Positions 1 to 10,109 of a stretch of DNA of 64,000 nt are shown in pieces. Both the position numbers and the translations under genes were made by a program. The stretch covers positions 1 through 64,000 of the IMG/VR virus record IMGVR_UViG_3300033273_000460; one strand, given 5' to 3'. Below the pieces are notes generated by a model. The model did no database searches and was not told the origin of the DNA. It saw nothing but the letters and a program-made list of their open reading frames with translations. The stretch comes from a virus. Position 1 is the first letter of the stretch; every line of letters starts with the position of its first letter.

Positions 1-114
1 GAAGCGCATGAATGCATGCTCCCATCCACTGCGGTAGCGTGGCTTTTTGATTCCTGCATACTTCTCTGGATTGGCCATTTCGTACAAGCCATTAGCCCAC
101 TTACCTCTTGCCAT
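1..114 (-). CDS. gp4: Head completion nuclease, T4 gp4-like (5' part only; runs off the left edge)
   Basis: Not in the ORF track. Reading minus from ATG at 114 gives MARGKWANGLYEMANPEKYAGIKKPRYRSGWEHAFMRF, with the gp4 motif NPxKYxG...YRSxWE..FM. TAATG overlap with the upstream ORF. Confidence 0.8.
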   Translation of the reverse strand, partial: MARGKWANGLYEMANPEKYAGIKKPRYRSGWEHAFMRF

Positions 115-485
115 TATACTCTTATCTGTCGTTGTGTATTTGAACTAGGCTGTAGGTTTTTACTAAATCCTAACAGTCCATTACCTGTCCTGCTTAGATT
201 TAAAAATGCTGTGATACTGTTTTGCAAATTGCTAGATTCAAACTGTGTTATAATATCTTGTGGAAATACCTTTAGTTCATAACAAGTTACAAGCACTGCA
301 CTGGTCAAAGCACTTGCTGCTTCTAGATTGTTGTTTGTGCGTTGTAGAAAAAATGCTTTTACAAGGTCATACTGTGCAGGGTCTATGGTGATTTCTGTTT
401 TAAAATAATCCGCAAAGTACTCGTTAATTCGTAGATCCACGTCGTCTCTAACATCAGTGATTGGAAGATTGATTGTTTGTGCCAT
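114..485 (-). CDS. Hypothetical protein (123 aa), probably virion-associated
   Basis: Clean ORF with GAGGA RBS, co-oriented in the tail operon; no recognised motif. Confidence 0.6.
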   Translation of the reverse strand: MAQTINLPITDVRDDVDLRINEYFADYFKTEITIDPAQYDLVKAFFLQRTNNNLEAASALTSAVLVTCYELKVFPQDIITQFESSNLQNSITAFLNLSRTGNGLLGFSKNLQPSSNTQRQIRV

Positions 486-510
486 TGCAAATCCTCTAAA
501 TTACTTATCA

Positions 511-1989
511 TTAAATTTCTACAGAAATTGTATTTGCAAGATTTTGACTTTGTGTTTTTGGACTAACGCCAACATTAGGATCCACTGTAACCCCACTTTT
601 GTTTTGCCAACTTGATAGTGCATTTGGTCCATTAAGGTTGGTATACTGTTGTGTTGTAGTGTTTAACTCTTTGCGTTTGGCTGCAGTTTGTTCTGCAGTC
701 AACGGCGATACACCACTTGCCGCCTCATTGAGACTATTTTGTATTGAGGTTATTCTATTCTCTAATTGAAGATTTTTGATAGAAAGATTTGCATTGTTTG
801 TAACAGGCATTGGATTGGCTTTACTAACGTAGGTGTCACTTATCTTACGCGGATGAGCAGCACTGTTATAATTTGTAGGTTGTACAGTAGTGCTGCCAAT
901 GTCAACATCTACTGTTTGTTGGCCTGTATATGTGTTGTTGCCTATCACAATGTTGTTACTTTTCACAATCTGCGGAGTGTTTACACTTGGGTTGTCATTT
1001 TCTACACTTGGTAAACTTCGCAGTACCTCTAAAGGATCTTGTCCTTCTTTGATTTTAATTGCACTAGTTACCAATGGTGTTACTTCGTTGTATAAACTTG
1101 TTGTGCCTAAACTTTCATTTATTTTGCCAATCAGTTGATCACTACCGCCAGGCACAATACGATTAACTTTGTCTATTGTTGTACCAATTGCTCTAAAGAT
1201 ACTGTTCTGGTTTAACAAATTGCCAAATGGTCCTGCAAACACTGAATCTGGTCTGATGTTACCTAATGGACTTGGAGTTGTATCGTAGTGTAAGTTGTTA
1301 ACAAATGTTTTTGGATTGAGATCACTCACTGTACCACTACCATACAACGCAGTTTCGTATTTGACTGTCATAGTGTGTTCCATAGGAGTGAACTCGCCAG
1401 CAGTGTGAGTGCCATGTTGAAATGCACTTATGATAGGATTAACAAGAGTATACTCACTAAATTTTCCATCCTGTAACGAATAGATTTGTATATTGCTAAA
1501 AAATTTTGTATTACCATTTGCATAACCAAATGCACTTGCAGTTCTTTCTGTGTATCTGTCACGCACTTGGAAATCATTTGTAGTATATGTACTGTCTAGG
1601 TAATAGTGTGTCATGTAGTTGTACCACATTTTTAATACCAGTTCTTGCGCATCATCATGAAATAGTATTTGGGTATCGCTATACTCTATTTTGTGTTGAC
1701 TGTACACACGCTTGTTGTATTGATTATGATCTTGTACATCAATAGTATAACTTGGCAATTGTACACTTTTTACCAACAGAGGCAATTCAATTTTATCTTC
1801 GTTGGTAAATTTATTTGCAACATCTGGTGCAAAGTTAAAAACACAAAGGTATAGTGCCGATAAGCGAGGATGAAGTGCATAAGCATTTGCACGAAAAGTA
1901 CGAGACGCATGGTCGTAGTCTCGCAAATAATTGTTATCACTACTACCTATAGGTTTAAGGAAATTGTTGATGTTAGAAGTAAGAGCCAC
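511..1989 (-). CDS. Tail-tube-fold protein (gp19/gp54-like) with long low-complexity C-terminal extension
   Basis: N-terminal ~240 aa resemble tube proteins (VKSVQLPSYTID...QYN...YSDTQILFHDD...MTVKYE); directly follows the tube gene. Confidence 0.6.
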   Translation of the reverse strand: MALTSNINNFLKPIGSSDNNYLRDYDHASRTFRANAYALHPRLSALYLCVFNFAPDVANKFTNEDKIELPLLVKSVQLPSYTIDVQDHNQYNKRVYSQHKIEYSDTQILFHDDAQELVLKMWYNYMTHYYLDSTYTTNDFQVRDRYTERTASAFGYANGNTKFFSNIQIYSLQDGKFSEYTLVNPIISAFQHGTHTAGEFTPMEHTMTVKYETALYGSGTVSDLNPKTFVNNLHYDTTPSPLGNIRPDSVFAGPFGNLLNQNSIFRAIGTTIDKVNRIVPGGSDQLIGKINESLGTTSLYNEVTPLVTSAIKIKEGQDPLEVLRSLPSVENDNPSVNTPQIVKSNNIVIGNNTYTGQQTVDVDIGSTTVQPTNYNSAAHPRKISDTYVSKANPMPVTNNANLSIKNLQLENRITSIQNSLNEAASGVSPLTAEQTAAKRKELNTTTQQYTNLNGPNALSSWQNKSGVTVDPNVGVSPKTQSQNLANTISVEI

Positions 1990-2004
1990 CTGCTTATGTC
2001 CCTA

Positions 2005-2622
2005 TTAGCCGGTGATTGTTACGCCGGTTCCTCGTGTTACGCTTGCACCAACACCAGTACCAATTGGTGTTTGTATAGCGTTATCAAATCTTACTGTAAG
2101 TGCAATAGTTGCTGGATCATTTGTACTATAGTTCAAATCACCATAGTTAACACCTGATAACAAACAACCGTACATTTCCCATGTTTCTAAAACAGTAGGT
2201 GTACTTGCACCGTTACCACCGTCTAAGATATCAAACTTTGTGATAAATTTGTAGTCAATACCTGAACTTGCTGATGCTTGTTCCATGAAGTCAAATTGCT
2301 TTTGAAGTTGCTCGCCTACAAGTCTTGCAACATTACCGTTTACGTCATCACGCAAGTTAACAGTCATATCACTCCATGTGTGCTTACCAACCAATTTCAC
2401 TGTACTATTATATACAGGAATTTCAATTGCTTCAAATGTAACATCTGGACGTGTTATGTCTATAATTTGTTTTGTCATTTCTGTCCTAGGTGTAGATATA
2501 CCAAAGTTATCAAATACCGCACGGAAGCGATATTTAAGTTTTGGCATCAACAAACCTTGGCTGCTGGCGCTCTGGTCACTATCTAGTGGGACTGTAAATT
2601 TACTAAGTGATGATACTGACAT
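2005..2622 (-). CDS. gp19: Tail tube protein
   Basis: LMPKLKYRFR...RP.VTFE.IEI...GK..W..MTV..RDD...WEMYGC...YGDL.Y...IALTVRFDNA; follows the sheath gene; ATG at 2622 after GGAG. Confidence 0.85.
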   Translation of the reverse strand: MSVSSLSKFTVPLDSDQSASSQGLLMPKLKYRFRAVFDNFGISTPRTEMTKQIIDITRPDVTFEAIEIPVYNSTVKLVGKHTWSDMTVNLRDDVNGNVARLVGEQLQKQFDFMEQASASSGIDYKFITKFDILDGGNGASTPTVLETWEMYGCLLSGVNYGDLNYSTNDPATIALTVRFDNAIQTPIGTGVGASVTRGTGVTITG

Positions 2623-2701
2623 CAATCAATCTCCTTATTTCCTATAAACTATTTATCGTAATATGACTACAAAAAAATAGGGGGTAATACTAAGATCATA
2701 A

Positions 2702-2728
2702 AAAAAGAGGGGTAAAGCCCCTCTTTTT
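2702..2728 (-). terminator. Rho-independent terminator (bidirectional shape) after the sheath gene
   Basis: AAAAAGAGGGG-TAAAG-CCCCTCTTTTT inverted repeat with A/T tails. Confidence 0.85.
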
Positions 2729-2747
2729 AAGTGTGTTATGACTTGGT

Positions 2748-5700
2748 TTACACTGTCTGAGCTGCTGCAACATTACCTGCTGCAATCTCACCTGTATTCT
2801 TAAGTCTGATTGGAATAAAGATGAATTCTGCTGCTTTGACAGGCTCGATAGCAATATCAACATAAAGTTCATTTCTATCAATTCTATCATTTGTGTTGTT
2901 TGTTTCGTCACAAACAACCAAGTAATCAAATACGCCACGCTTTGCAACTAGATCGTTAAGAATGCCTTCAATGCCTTCTTTAAGTTCGTCTCTTGTGATC
3001 TTGTCGTTTGGTTCAAACACAAAGTTTACTGCAAAATCTTGTAGTGTCTTGCGTAGGTAACCAACAAGTCTTGAAACGTTAATACGATCCAATGCACTTG
3101 TACTTGCTGCTCTAGTTTTGTTACCATAGTTCATCAAGCCATAGCCATTAATGAATGTCATTGGATTGATTCTGTTGCTATACAGTGTATCACGAACACC
3201 TTCGGTGATGTTGTCTACAACAAATTCACCTGTTGCGCTGTTAACGTAACCAATACTTGTAACGTTATCTAGTAGACCTCGTCTTGTGCCAGCTGGTGCG
3301 AACCATGGGAACGATTGATCGTCACTGCGGATGATTGTTCTCAAAGCTGCGTGTGAACTTGGAACTGCAACATTGTTGCCACTCAAATCATTTGTTCTAC
3401 CACTTGGATAGAACACTGCAGCATATGGGTCACTTGTAACTAGTCCGTCTTCACCATCAACTACTGCACTGTTGGCATTAGTTGCCCAGTTTTGTATTGC
3501 AGTTGAACCACTTGCAAGTCTCATTGGACTATCACCAACAATAAATGCTGTGTTGCGTCTGTCGTTGTTTAGTGACACCATGTTGCTGATCAGTTCTGGA
3601 TAACCTGGTGCAGCAATTAAGTTAAATGAACGGCTGTCTTCACGTAGGTCTGTGCTCGAATCGATAGCTGTCTTCATTGCACCTACAATAATTTGACGCA
3701 CAGCCTTACGACCCATATATGGACTACCATCATCTTTGTTGCCACTTACTGTAACCCATGCATCCTTCTCTGTTGGAAGTGTTGGGTAAAGTGTTGTGTC
3801 GCTAAAGTTTGTTCTGCTAAAGTAGTTACTACGGAACTGTTTAACATTATATGAACTACGACGTGTGTTGAACAACAACATACCACGTGGGTAGATTGCT
3901 GGATCTGGACGATCAATATCAACTGTATCGCTTGTTAGTAGTGATGCAATAGTTGGGACTGTACCTGTAACAACATCTGTTGTGGTATCACCCATGTAAC
4001 GTGCATCTGCAAACAAGATACCATCTTCTGTGGTTTGATCAGTGTTGTCAATTAACACCCATTGATTTTCACCACTCACTGTTTCGTAGCGATAAATTTT
4101 TGGATAGTTGTCCAAGTCGCTTGTATCAATCCAAAGATCACCAACAACTAGTGCAGTTTCGTCACTTTGTTGTGTTGGTTCTGTTGTGCTAAAGATTGGT
4201 CCTGCTGGACTTGTATTAGCTAGGTTAAAGCCACGTGCGTCATTGGTTACGTTTTGATAACCTTTCCAAGTACTACCATCATGAATCATGATGTCTGCTT
4301 CAAATCCACTGTGATACCAACGCTGTAGGTTGACTGGATCTGCGTCTGGTGAACTTGAACTTGCTGTGTATGTTGGAGCAACCCAGTTACTTAAAATTAA
4401 GTTACTGTCATTGCCTGCACGAATTTGTCCACTAGCAAGTGCTGTATTAAAACCTGCATCAGCAATTGGTGTACCGCTTGTGTCTTTAAGCACAATAACA
4501 CCGCCTAAGCTGTGGGTAATAACAAGGTAACCATCGCTGTTTACACTAGCACTTACATTGCTTACATTAGCACCATTGATAACACTTGCTAAGTCTGCAA
4601 GTGTTGTGCCGCTTGTTGAAACTGTTACTGCAGTTGAAAGTGTTGTGCTATTTGCAACACTGGCTTGAATTGTAAATGTTTCACTGCTAGTGATTGGATT
4701 TGCATCATTGACTTGGCCAGTAACAATTGTATCACCAGAAGCATATCTACGGAACAACTTGTAAGTTGCTGTATCATTTTCTGTTACATCATATTGTACA
4801 TAATATGTGCCAACAGCAATATTTTGGCCTCCTACAGAATCAAGATTCTTTAGTGCAGTTTGATCGTTTTCGTAAAGTGGAGCACTTACAGCTTCAAACT
4901 CTGCTGTTGTGCTGTTGTAAACACTTACATCAAATAGTGCACCTAAGTTGCTTGAAGTTGTTTTGATCCATACACTACCACTTGGACGTGGTGTTGTGTC
5001 TGTTGACTTCCACTGTGGTACAGTGTAGTGTGGATCTTGTGCAAGTAGAGGACATGCATATGTGCCTGCTGTTAAGCCTGTGTCAGTTAAGATTGTACCA
5101 CTTTCGTTAGCAAGGATGATCTTGCCATCTGTGGTTGAGTTGCTTTGCGCTGAACTTGTAGCATAAATTTCAATCTTGTTGTTCTTAACACCTGCAGTAA
5201 CACCTGTAATTGCTGCAGTGTTAATGCTTGATGCAAGAGCACTTACAGTTGTACCGCTGAGTGTAACAGTTCTACCGTTGATAAGAATTCTGTCGCCATT
5301 AGTTAGTGTTGGACTTGCTGTTGTACTTTCAATTGTTGGCCAGCTGGTCTGCCATGAGCTGCCACCAACTAATACCCATGCATTGTCACGATTTTTGTAA
5401 TATACAGGATTTGAAGTATTTGTTGTAACCACAGCATAGTCACCTATAGCACCAATGCTTGTAAGTGGCACGCCGCCTACTAAATCACTAGTACTGGTAA
5501 TAACTGTTGGAATCTTATTAGTAAATGCGCCTGTGCTTGCAGAGAACTGGAAAATGCCCCAGCGTGTGTCTGTGCCTACATCCATCCAAATAGTGCCGTT
5601 GCTTGGTGCACCAGATGGACGACTTGCACTTGGTGCAAGTTCACCAAGGTCAACATCTGCACGGAGCACATATGCTCTGTTGCTGATTCCCAAAATGCTG

Positions 5701-5993
5701 TATGCTGCTAGTAATCCATATTCATTCAACTCATAACCGTGAATTGGTGTGCCTGCTGCACTGTTGTAAAAACTTGGATTACCAAATGTTTCTGTTAGTT
5801 CACGCTGGCTACTTACTAGGAATGTGTTACCAGCGTTTGCCGCTGTTGTGCCTGTAGCAGTACCAGAACCTGAACCTTTTGTTTTGTCTTGTGCTGTAGC
5901 AACTATAATTGCAGGAACACTGCCCTGCTGAGCAGCAACATATTGACTTTCGTCTGTTACTGTTACTTCAACACCTGCTGAAATCAATGCCAT
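2748..5993 (-). CDS. gp18: Contractile tail sheath protein (1081 aa)
   Basis: N-terminal MALISAGVEVTVTDES; C-terminal WFAPAGTRRG, LYSNRINP, RINVSRL, FVFEPND, VVCDETNN, IEPVKAAEFIFIP. Confidence 0.95.
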   Translation of the reverse strand: MALISAGVEVTVTDESQYVAAQQGSVPAIIVATAQDKTKGSGSGTATGTTAANAGNTFLVSSQRELTETFGNPSFYNSAAGTPIHGYELNEYGLLAAYSILGISNRAYVLRADVDLGELAPSASRPSGAPSNGTIWMDVGTDTRWGIFQFSASTGAFTNKIPTVITSTSDLVGGVPLTSIGAIGDYAVVTTNTSNPVYYKNRDNAWVLVGGSSWQTSWPTIESTTASPTLTNGDRILINGRTVTLSGTTVSALASSINTAAITGVTAGVKNNKIEIYATSSAQSNSTTDGKIILANESGTILTDTGLTAGTYACPLLAQDPHYTVPQWKSTDTTPRPSGSVWIKTTSSNLGALFDVSVYNSTTAEFEAVSAPLYENDQTALKNLDSVGGQNIAVGTYYVQYDVTENDTATYKLFRRYASGDTIVTGQVNDANPITSSETFTIQASVANSTTLSTAVTVSTSGTTLADLASVINGANVSNVSASVNSDGYLVITHSLGGVIVLKDTSGTPIADAGFNTALASGQIRAGNDSNLILSNWVAPTYTASSSSPDADPVNLQRWYHSGFEADIMIHDGSTWKGYQNVTNDARGFNLANTSPAGPIFSTTEPTQQSDETALVVGDLWIDTSDLDNYPKIYRYETVSGENQWVLIDNTDQTTEDGILFADARYMGDTTTDVVTGTVPTIASLLTSDTVDIDRPDPAIYPRGMLLFNTRRSSYNVKQFRSNYFSRTNFSDTTLYPTLPTEKDAWVTVSGNKDDGSPYMGRKAVRQIIVGAMKTAIDSSTDLREDSRSFNLIAAPGYPELISNMVSLNNDRRNTAFIVGDSPMRLASGSTAIQNWATNANSAVVDGEDGLVTSDPYAAVFYPSGRTNDLSGNNVAVPSSHAALRTIIRSDDQSFPWFAPAGTRRGLLDNVTSIGYVNSATGEFVVDNITEGVRDTLYSNRINPMTFINGYGLMNYGNKTRAASTSALDRINVSRLVGYLRKTLQDFAVNFVFEPNDKITRDELKEGIEGILNDLVAKRGVFDYLVVCDETNNTNDRIDRNELYVDIAIEPVKAAEFIFIPIRLKNTGEIAAGNVAAAQTV

Positions 5994-6098
5994 GTTCAAA
6001 TCCTCTCAGAGTTAGGTATTATTCTATTATATTATTTATCGTATAGCACCAAAAACAACATAAAATCGTGTTTACCTTTAAAGGTGTGTAAATAAAGC

Positions 6099-6431
6099 AT
6101 GCAGCGACCCATGTGTGAACAATGTGGACAACGTCCTAAAGCAGTAAATTACTACAAAGGTGGTAAAGTTTACTTTAGGAAGAAGTGCGAACAGTGTATG
6201 AAAATACACAAACCTGTCAAACCTCTTTGGGTAGATAGCGGGTACAAACTCAAACGAGTATGCGAAGCATGTAACTTCAAACCTGTGATGAGATCACAAG
6301 TTACAGTATTTTATATAGATGGAAATTTAAATAATGTTTCTGCTAAAAATCTAAAAACTGTGTGTTTGAATTGTAACGCAGAACTTATTAAAACCGGCTG
6401 GGCAAGAGGAGATTTAACACCTGATGTTTGA
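6099..6431 (+). CDS. Zn-finger protein with a degenerate HNH-like domain
   Basis: Four CxxC pairs; C-terminal VFYIDGNLNN...NLKTVCLNC matches the HNH pattern H.IDG...NN...NL..LC.NCH with the histidines replaced. Confidence 0.6.
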   Translation: MQRPMCEQCGQRPKAVNYYKGGKVYFRKKCEQCMKIHKPVKPLWVDSGYKLKRVCEACNFKPVMRSQVTVFYIDGNLNNVSAKNLKTVCLNCNAELIKTGWARGDLTPDV

Positions 6432-6984
6432 GATCTTTGATAGTACCGTCATTTTGTAGTACATGATCTTTTGTGGTCTTTACCCAACGCCATTCACTGG
6501 GATGAATATGTGTTGGCTCAATGCCTGTAGTTTCGTATTGTATTAGCCACTCAGGATCGCTGCTGCGCCTAACTTCCCAAACTTCTCCGCCTATGCTACG
6601 GATCATGTGTATTTCATTTTCAAAACGCACATCGGGTATTACAAAATTTTGTTCAGGATTGTCTAGTATAACCTTTTTAATTAGGCTTACCCAGACTCCA
6701 TCATAGAAGCCATTACGCATACAATCAGTACCAAACAACTGTAGCACCAAACGAGGTGTAACTTCAGATCCTATTTCGGCACTCCAAAAGTCGTCACGTT
6801 GTTCTCGCCATGCTCGAGATTCATCTGTATCTCCTTCTAACATGGCTCTATCCCAACCAAAGATTGTGCTTACACCGTCTTTGAGCTTGTCAGCAAAACT
6901 TACTTTTTTAAAGCCTTGTTCTACTAGGATGTCTGCTACTGTGCCTTTGCCACTGCCAATTAGTCCACATATTCCTACTATCAT
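6388..6984 (-). CDS. gp1: Deoxynucleoside monophosphate kinase (T4 gp1-like)
   Basis: P-loop GLIGSGKGT, SFADKLK, TPRLVLQLFGTD, IPDVRFENE, HPSE. Confidence 0.9.
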   Translation of the reverse strand: MIVGICGLIGSGKGTVADILVEQGFKKVSFADKLKDGVSTIFGWDRAMLEGDTDESRAWREQRDDFWSAEIGSEVTPRLVLQLFGTDCMRNGFYDGVWVSLIKKVILDNPEQNFVIPDVRFENEIHMIRSIGGEVWEVRRSSDPEWLIQYETTGIEPTHIHPSEWRWVKTTKDHVLQNDGTIKDLKHQVLNLLLPSRF

Positions 6985-7658
6985 AGATATTTCTTAACCT
7001 CTTCTGCCCAAGCCTTTTGTCCAGGGTATGTTAGATGAAAACCATCTTCTTGCATACAATTGTGTTCTATACCAAACTCAAATGGTGTCACAGGTATATA
7101 ATTTGTTTTGTCTAACGCATCCCAATAGACGGTATCTTCGCAAACACCTAACAAATAGTTATGTTCGTTTGACTCAAGTACATTATATATAAATGTATAT
7201 TTGAAGTCAATTTTTTGTGCTGTAAGAAAGTTAACAAAAGACAACACATGATACATGTTCAGTTGACTAAAATAATCTTTGTCCTCTGCAGTATATTGCT
7301 GTTTAAAAAGTTGTTTGTAAGGTTGCTGTAAACTGTTCCATTTACCTAGCACACCCCCACTTTGTATCAAATGCACACTTCCAATTGGCCCTTGATCGTA
7401 TCCAATTGGAAAACTAAAATAATAGTTGTAAGGTAAATTGTTATTTGGTACTGGAATACTACAACGATCAATGCCTGTAAACATAACAAACACGTTGTCA
7501 AATTCTAAATTATTTAATAATGCATGTACACCAGTGCGAGCAATCCATTCGTTATCAACTCCGCCTTTGGCATACACCTTATAGTCATCAAAAAGTGTAT
7601 CATGCCAACAGGCCTGATCTACATCAGTGTAACTGCATCCAAGTATGAGTGTTGTCAT
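6981..7658 (-). CDS. SGNH/GDSL-like hydrolase or acyltransferase
   Basis: N-terminal LILGCSYT (block I), GVDN, C-terminal DGFHL (block V DxxH). Confidence 0.55.
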   Translation of the reverse strand: MTTLILGCSYTDVDQACWHDTLFDDYKVYAKGGVDNEWIARTGVHALLNNLEFDNVFVMFTGIDRCSIPVPNNNLPYNYYFSFPIGYDQGPIGSVHLIQSGGVLGKWNSLQQPYKQLFKQQYTAEDKDYFSQLNMYHVLSFVNFLTAQKIDFKYTFIYNVLESNEHNYLLGVCEDTVYWDALDKTNYIPVTPFEFGIEHNCMQEDGFHLTYPGQKAWAEEVKKYL

Positions 7659-8417
7659 TTATCCTATTACAAATGACAGTGGGTCAGAACCGTCAACGTA
7701 GTTTTTAAGCTCCTCGTCTAGAGCCTGCATTTCAGTTTGTGCTTCTGATTTAAGTGTATCGCCATTTAGTGTTGTACCACCTTGCGGTCCTGCAATGGTA
7801 GCAAACTTTGATCTTGCTTCACCTAATGTGAACTTTGCAAGAGAAAGAGCATAATCCTGTATCCAAGGTTGTGCTTGTCTGTCTTGCAACAACTGTGTGT
7901 CTGGCTTGACATTGTATACCCAAAGAATAACTTTTTCACCGGTTGCGTTAAACTTGCGCAACAGTGTAAGCACTTTGGTCACAGGGTTGTATTCAAAGTT
8001 TATGAATCCACCAAACATTCTAGCACTAAGTTCTTGGTATTGATAAAACATTTCGTATGTGGCTTGTCCGCCCACACGACCTGCTTGTATAAGATATGTG
8101 TTCACATAGGCTGCTTCAAATGGCTCAAACTGTGTAGCATTGTCTGCGTTACTACCACCAACAGCTCTACGAAACACTTGACGTACATCCTCTATCTCTG
8201 CTGGTAACACATACTCCTGTTGATTCTCAACAATTTCTAAGAACACATAGGAACTTTCAACACTGTTACCAGCACGTTGGCGATAGCGACGTAGACTTTG
8301 ATTGATACACATGTCATAGTGTGCAGGATCAAGTTCCACATCAACCATATCTCCACCTAAGCGGAAATAGATATAATCTCTTATGTCATTTTTGAGTGTG
8401 GTAACGTCTACAGCCAT
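7659..8417 (-). CDS. gp13: Neck protein (head-tail adaptor), gp13-like
   Basis: YIYFRLG..MVDVELD, WIQDYALSLAK..LGEARSKF...GPQGG.TLNGD.LKSEA..E...L.EEL, C-terminal PLSFVIG. Confidence 0.85.
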   Translation of the reverse strand: MAVDVTTLKNDIRDYIYFRLGGDMVDVELDPAHYDMCINQSLRRYRQRAGNSVESSYVFLEIVENQQEYVLPAEIEDVRQVFRRAVGGSNADNATQFEPFEAAYVNTYLIQAGRVGGQATYEMFYQYQELSARMFGGFINFEYNPVTKVLTLLRKFNATGEKVILWVYNVKPDTQLLQDRQAQPWIQDYALSLAKFTLGEARSKFATIAGPQGGTTLNGDTLKSEAQTEMQALDEELKNYVDGSDPLSFVIG

Positions 8418-8448
8418 AGTGATTCCTTGTACGATATATTATTTATCG

Positions 8449-9588
8449 CTATTTAACTGCTTTGAGAATCACAGTTTGCTCGTTAAACCTCCCGTTCATT
8501 TTAGTTTCAACAGACTTTATATTTTGTAAGTAGGTGCGTAGTTTTACTTTGCCTGCTTTTACAAACTCTCGAAGTTGCTCTTCTGGTTTGCGCAGTGTCT
8601 TTGCAACACTCTTATGCTCATCAAAATATTGCAGTGTTGTTCCTTTGACTGCTAGTGTTTGATGTTCTTCTGCAACATACTTGCCAATCTTGCGTGTTTT
8701 TGTATTGAATACCCATACTTCAGTAGCACCAATGATGTCAACAGGATTGATACTTGCAACCTTGTATTTCTCGTCGGACACACAATACTTCATTTTTGCA
8801 ACCAACTTGTCAGCACTCTTAGGCTTTGGTGTGCGTGTTTTGCGAGTTGCTTTGCTTTCTGCTGTGACTAGATCACATGCACCAATGATGCTGGTAAAAA
8901 GTTCTACACCTTTTTTGATGTCTGCTTTACTTAGATGAGAAAAACCTTCACGCAAATCATTATCTTGTTCACGAGTAGGTTTCTGTAGCATTGTATATTC
9001 TGCAAGTGGGCCTTCGTAATAGGCACGAATGTGTCTTGCATGTGCTTGGTTTACACTTTTACCACGGAAGAATTTTACAGCATCCCACTTTTTAAACTTG
9101 GTTGGATTGTCAATAAAGTCATCAACTACTTCTTCAATTTCTGCAATGATAGCACCACTTGCTTCTCTGATACGTTCTTGAATGCTAGGAACATAAACAT
9201 TCTTTACTTTTTTTTCTTCAACTTTTGCTTCTTCTACAATAGCTGCTCCACGTTGATTGAGTCCTTCAAACCATCCTGCCATCCAAGCCACACTGTCATC
9301 AGGAGCAGTCATGCCATTGGTTGTCCAATGACAAAATGCTGCCACATGACTTTTTGCAAAGGTGTAGTCTTTGTTTTTAAGAATGTTACTTACAGTTTCT
9401 TTGTCAAACGTTTTCTTCACGTATGCCTTTACAATACTCACATACTCTTTGTTTTCTACTTCAAAGTGAAAATAGTTTCTACAGCTTTTGTAATCATCCA
9501 TAGGAGCACCTTTGGCTCCACTTAGTTTTCTACGAACCGTAGTTGCTTTTTTACGAGGTAATTTTTTACCTTTGAGAACACTTGCCAC
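8449..9588 (-). CDS. Conserved-looking basic hypothetical protein of T4-like phages
   Basis: Likely GTG start at 9588 after GAGGAG; Lys-rich; C-terminal SINP.DIIGA..VWVFNTKTRK...VKGTT...KTLRKPEEQL...NGRFN. Confidence 0.6.
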   Translation of the reverse strand: MASVLKGKKLPRKKATTVRRKLSGAKGAPMDDYKSCRNYFHFEVENKEYVSIVKAYVKKTFDKETVSNILKNKDYTFAKSHVAAFCHWTTNGMTAPDDSVAWMAGWFEGLNQRGAAIVEEAKVEEKKVKNVYVPSIQERIREASGAIIAEIEEVVDDFIDNPTKFKKWDAVKFFRGKSVNQAHARHIRAYYEGPLAEYTMLQKPTREQDNDLREGFSHLSKADIKKGVELFTSIIGACDLVTAESKATRKTRTPKPKSADKLVAKMKYCVSDEKYKVASINPVDIIGATEVWVFNTKTRKIGKYVAEEHQTLAVKGTTLQYFDEHKSVAKTLRKPEEQLREFVKAGKVKLRTYLQNIKSVETKMNGRFNEQTVILKAVK

Positions 9589-9751
9589 GAGCAATCTCCT
9601 CTTCCATTCCAAGTTCAAAAGCAATTATCTCATTCTGCTTTTGAAGGATAGCTTTATCCAGCATATTTACAATAGTGTCTCTGTCTTGGCTTGTATCAAC
9701 AGCATATCTTACTATTCTAAGTATTTCAATGTCTTCTAGTAGATCGTTCAT
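9566..9751 (-). CDS. Small hypothetical protein (61 aa)
   Basis: ATG at 9751 after AAGGTGA; overlaps the start of the next gene. Confidence 0.5.
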   Translation of the reverse strand: MNDLLEDIEILRIVRYAVDTSQDRDTIVNMLDKAILQKQNEIIAFELGMEEEIARGKCSQR

Positions 9752-9805
9752 TGCATCACCTTTTACACATATCTTAATACTAAAATAACACAAATAGCAT
9801 ATGTG

Positions 9806-10033
9806 TCAACCTTTTTTTAAACTTATTCTATAGCTTCCTGGATTGTGAGGTGCATTTGTCCAAGACCGAATGTGTGGATTTTGCGCACACCATGTTTGGA
9901 ATTCACGCATTATAGCACCTTGTCCTGTGATTACTACAACACTTTTTTTGTTCATATAATATGCATCACTGATACGAGTATTGAACATATTCCAAGCACT
10001 GTGCAGTGTATATCCATGTAAATCTATTACCAT
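9806..10033 (-). CDS. Stand-alone Smr (MutS2 C-terminal) domain protein
   Basis: MVIDLHG...VVVITGQG...NPGS are hallmark Smr motifs; probable start is the ATG at 10033. Confidence 0.8.
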   Translation of the reverse strand: MVIDLHGYTLHSAWNMFNTRISDAYYMNKKSVVVITGQGAIMREFQTWCAQNPHIRSWTNAPHNPGSYRISLKKG

Positions 10034-10109
10034 TGGTTTGCCTTTTTTGGTTGACGACACACATAAACATGTTATTGTATATATACTGTATTCTAGCATA
10101 GGAGAAGTT

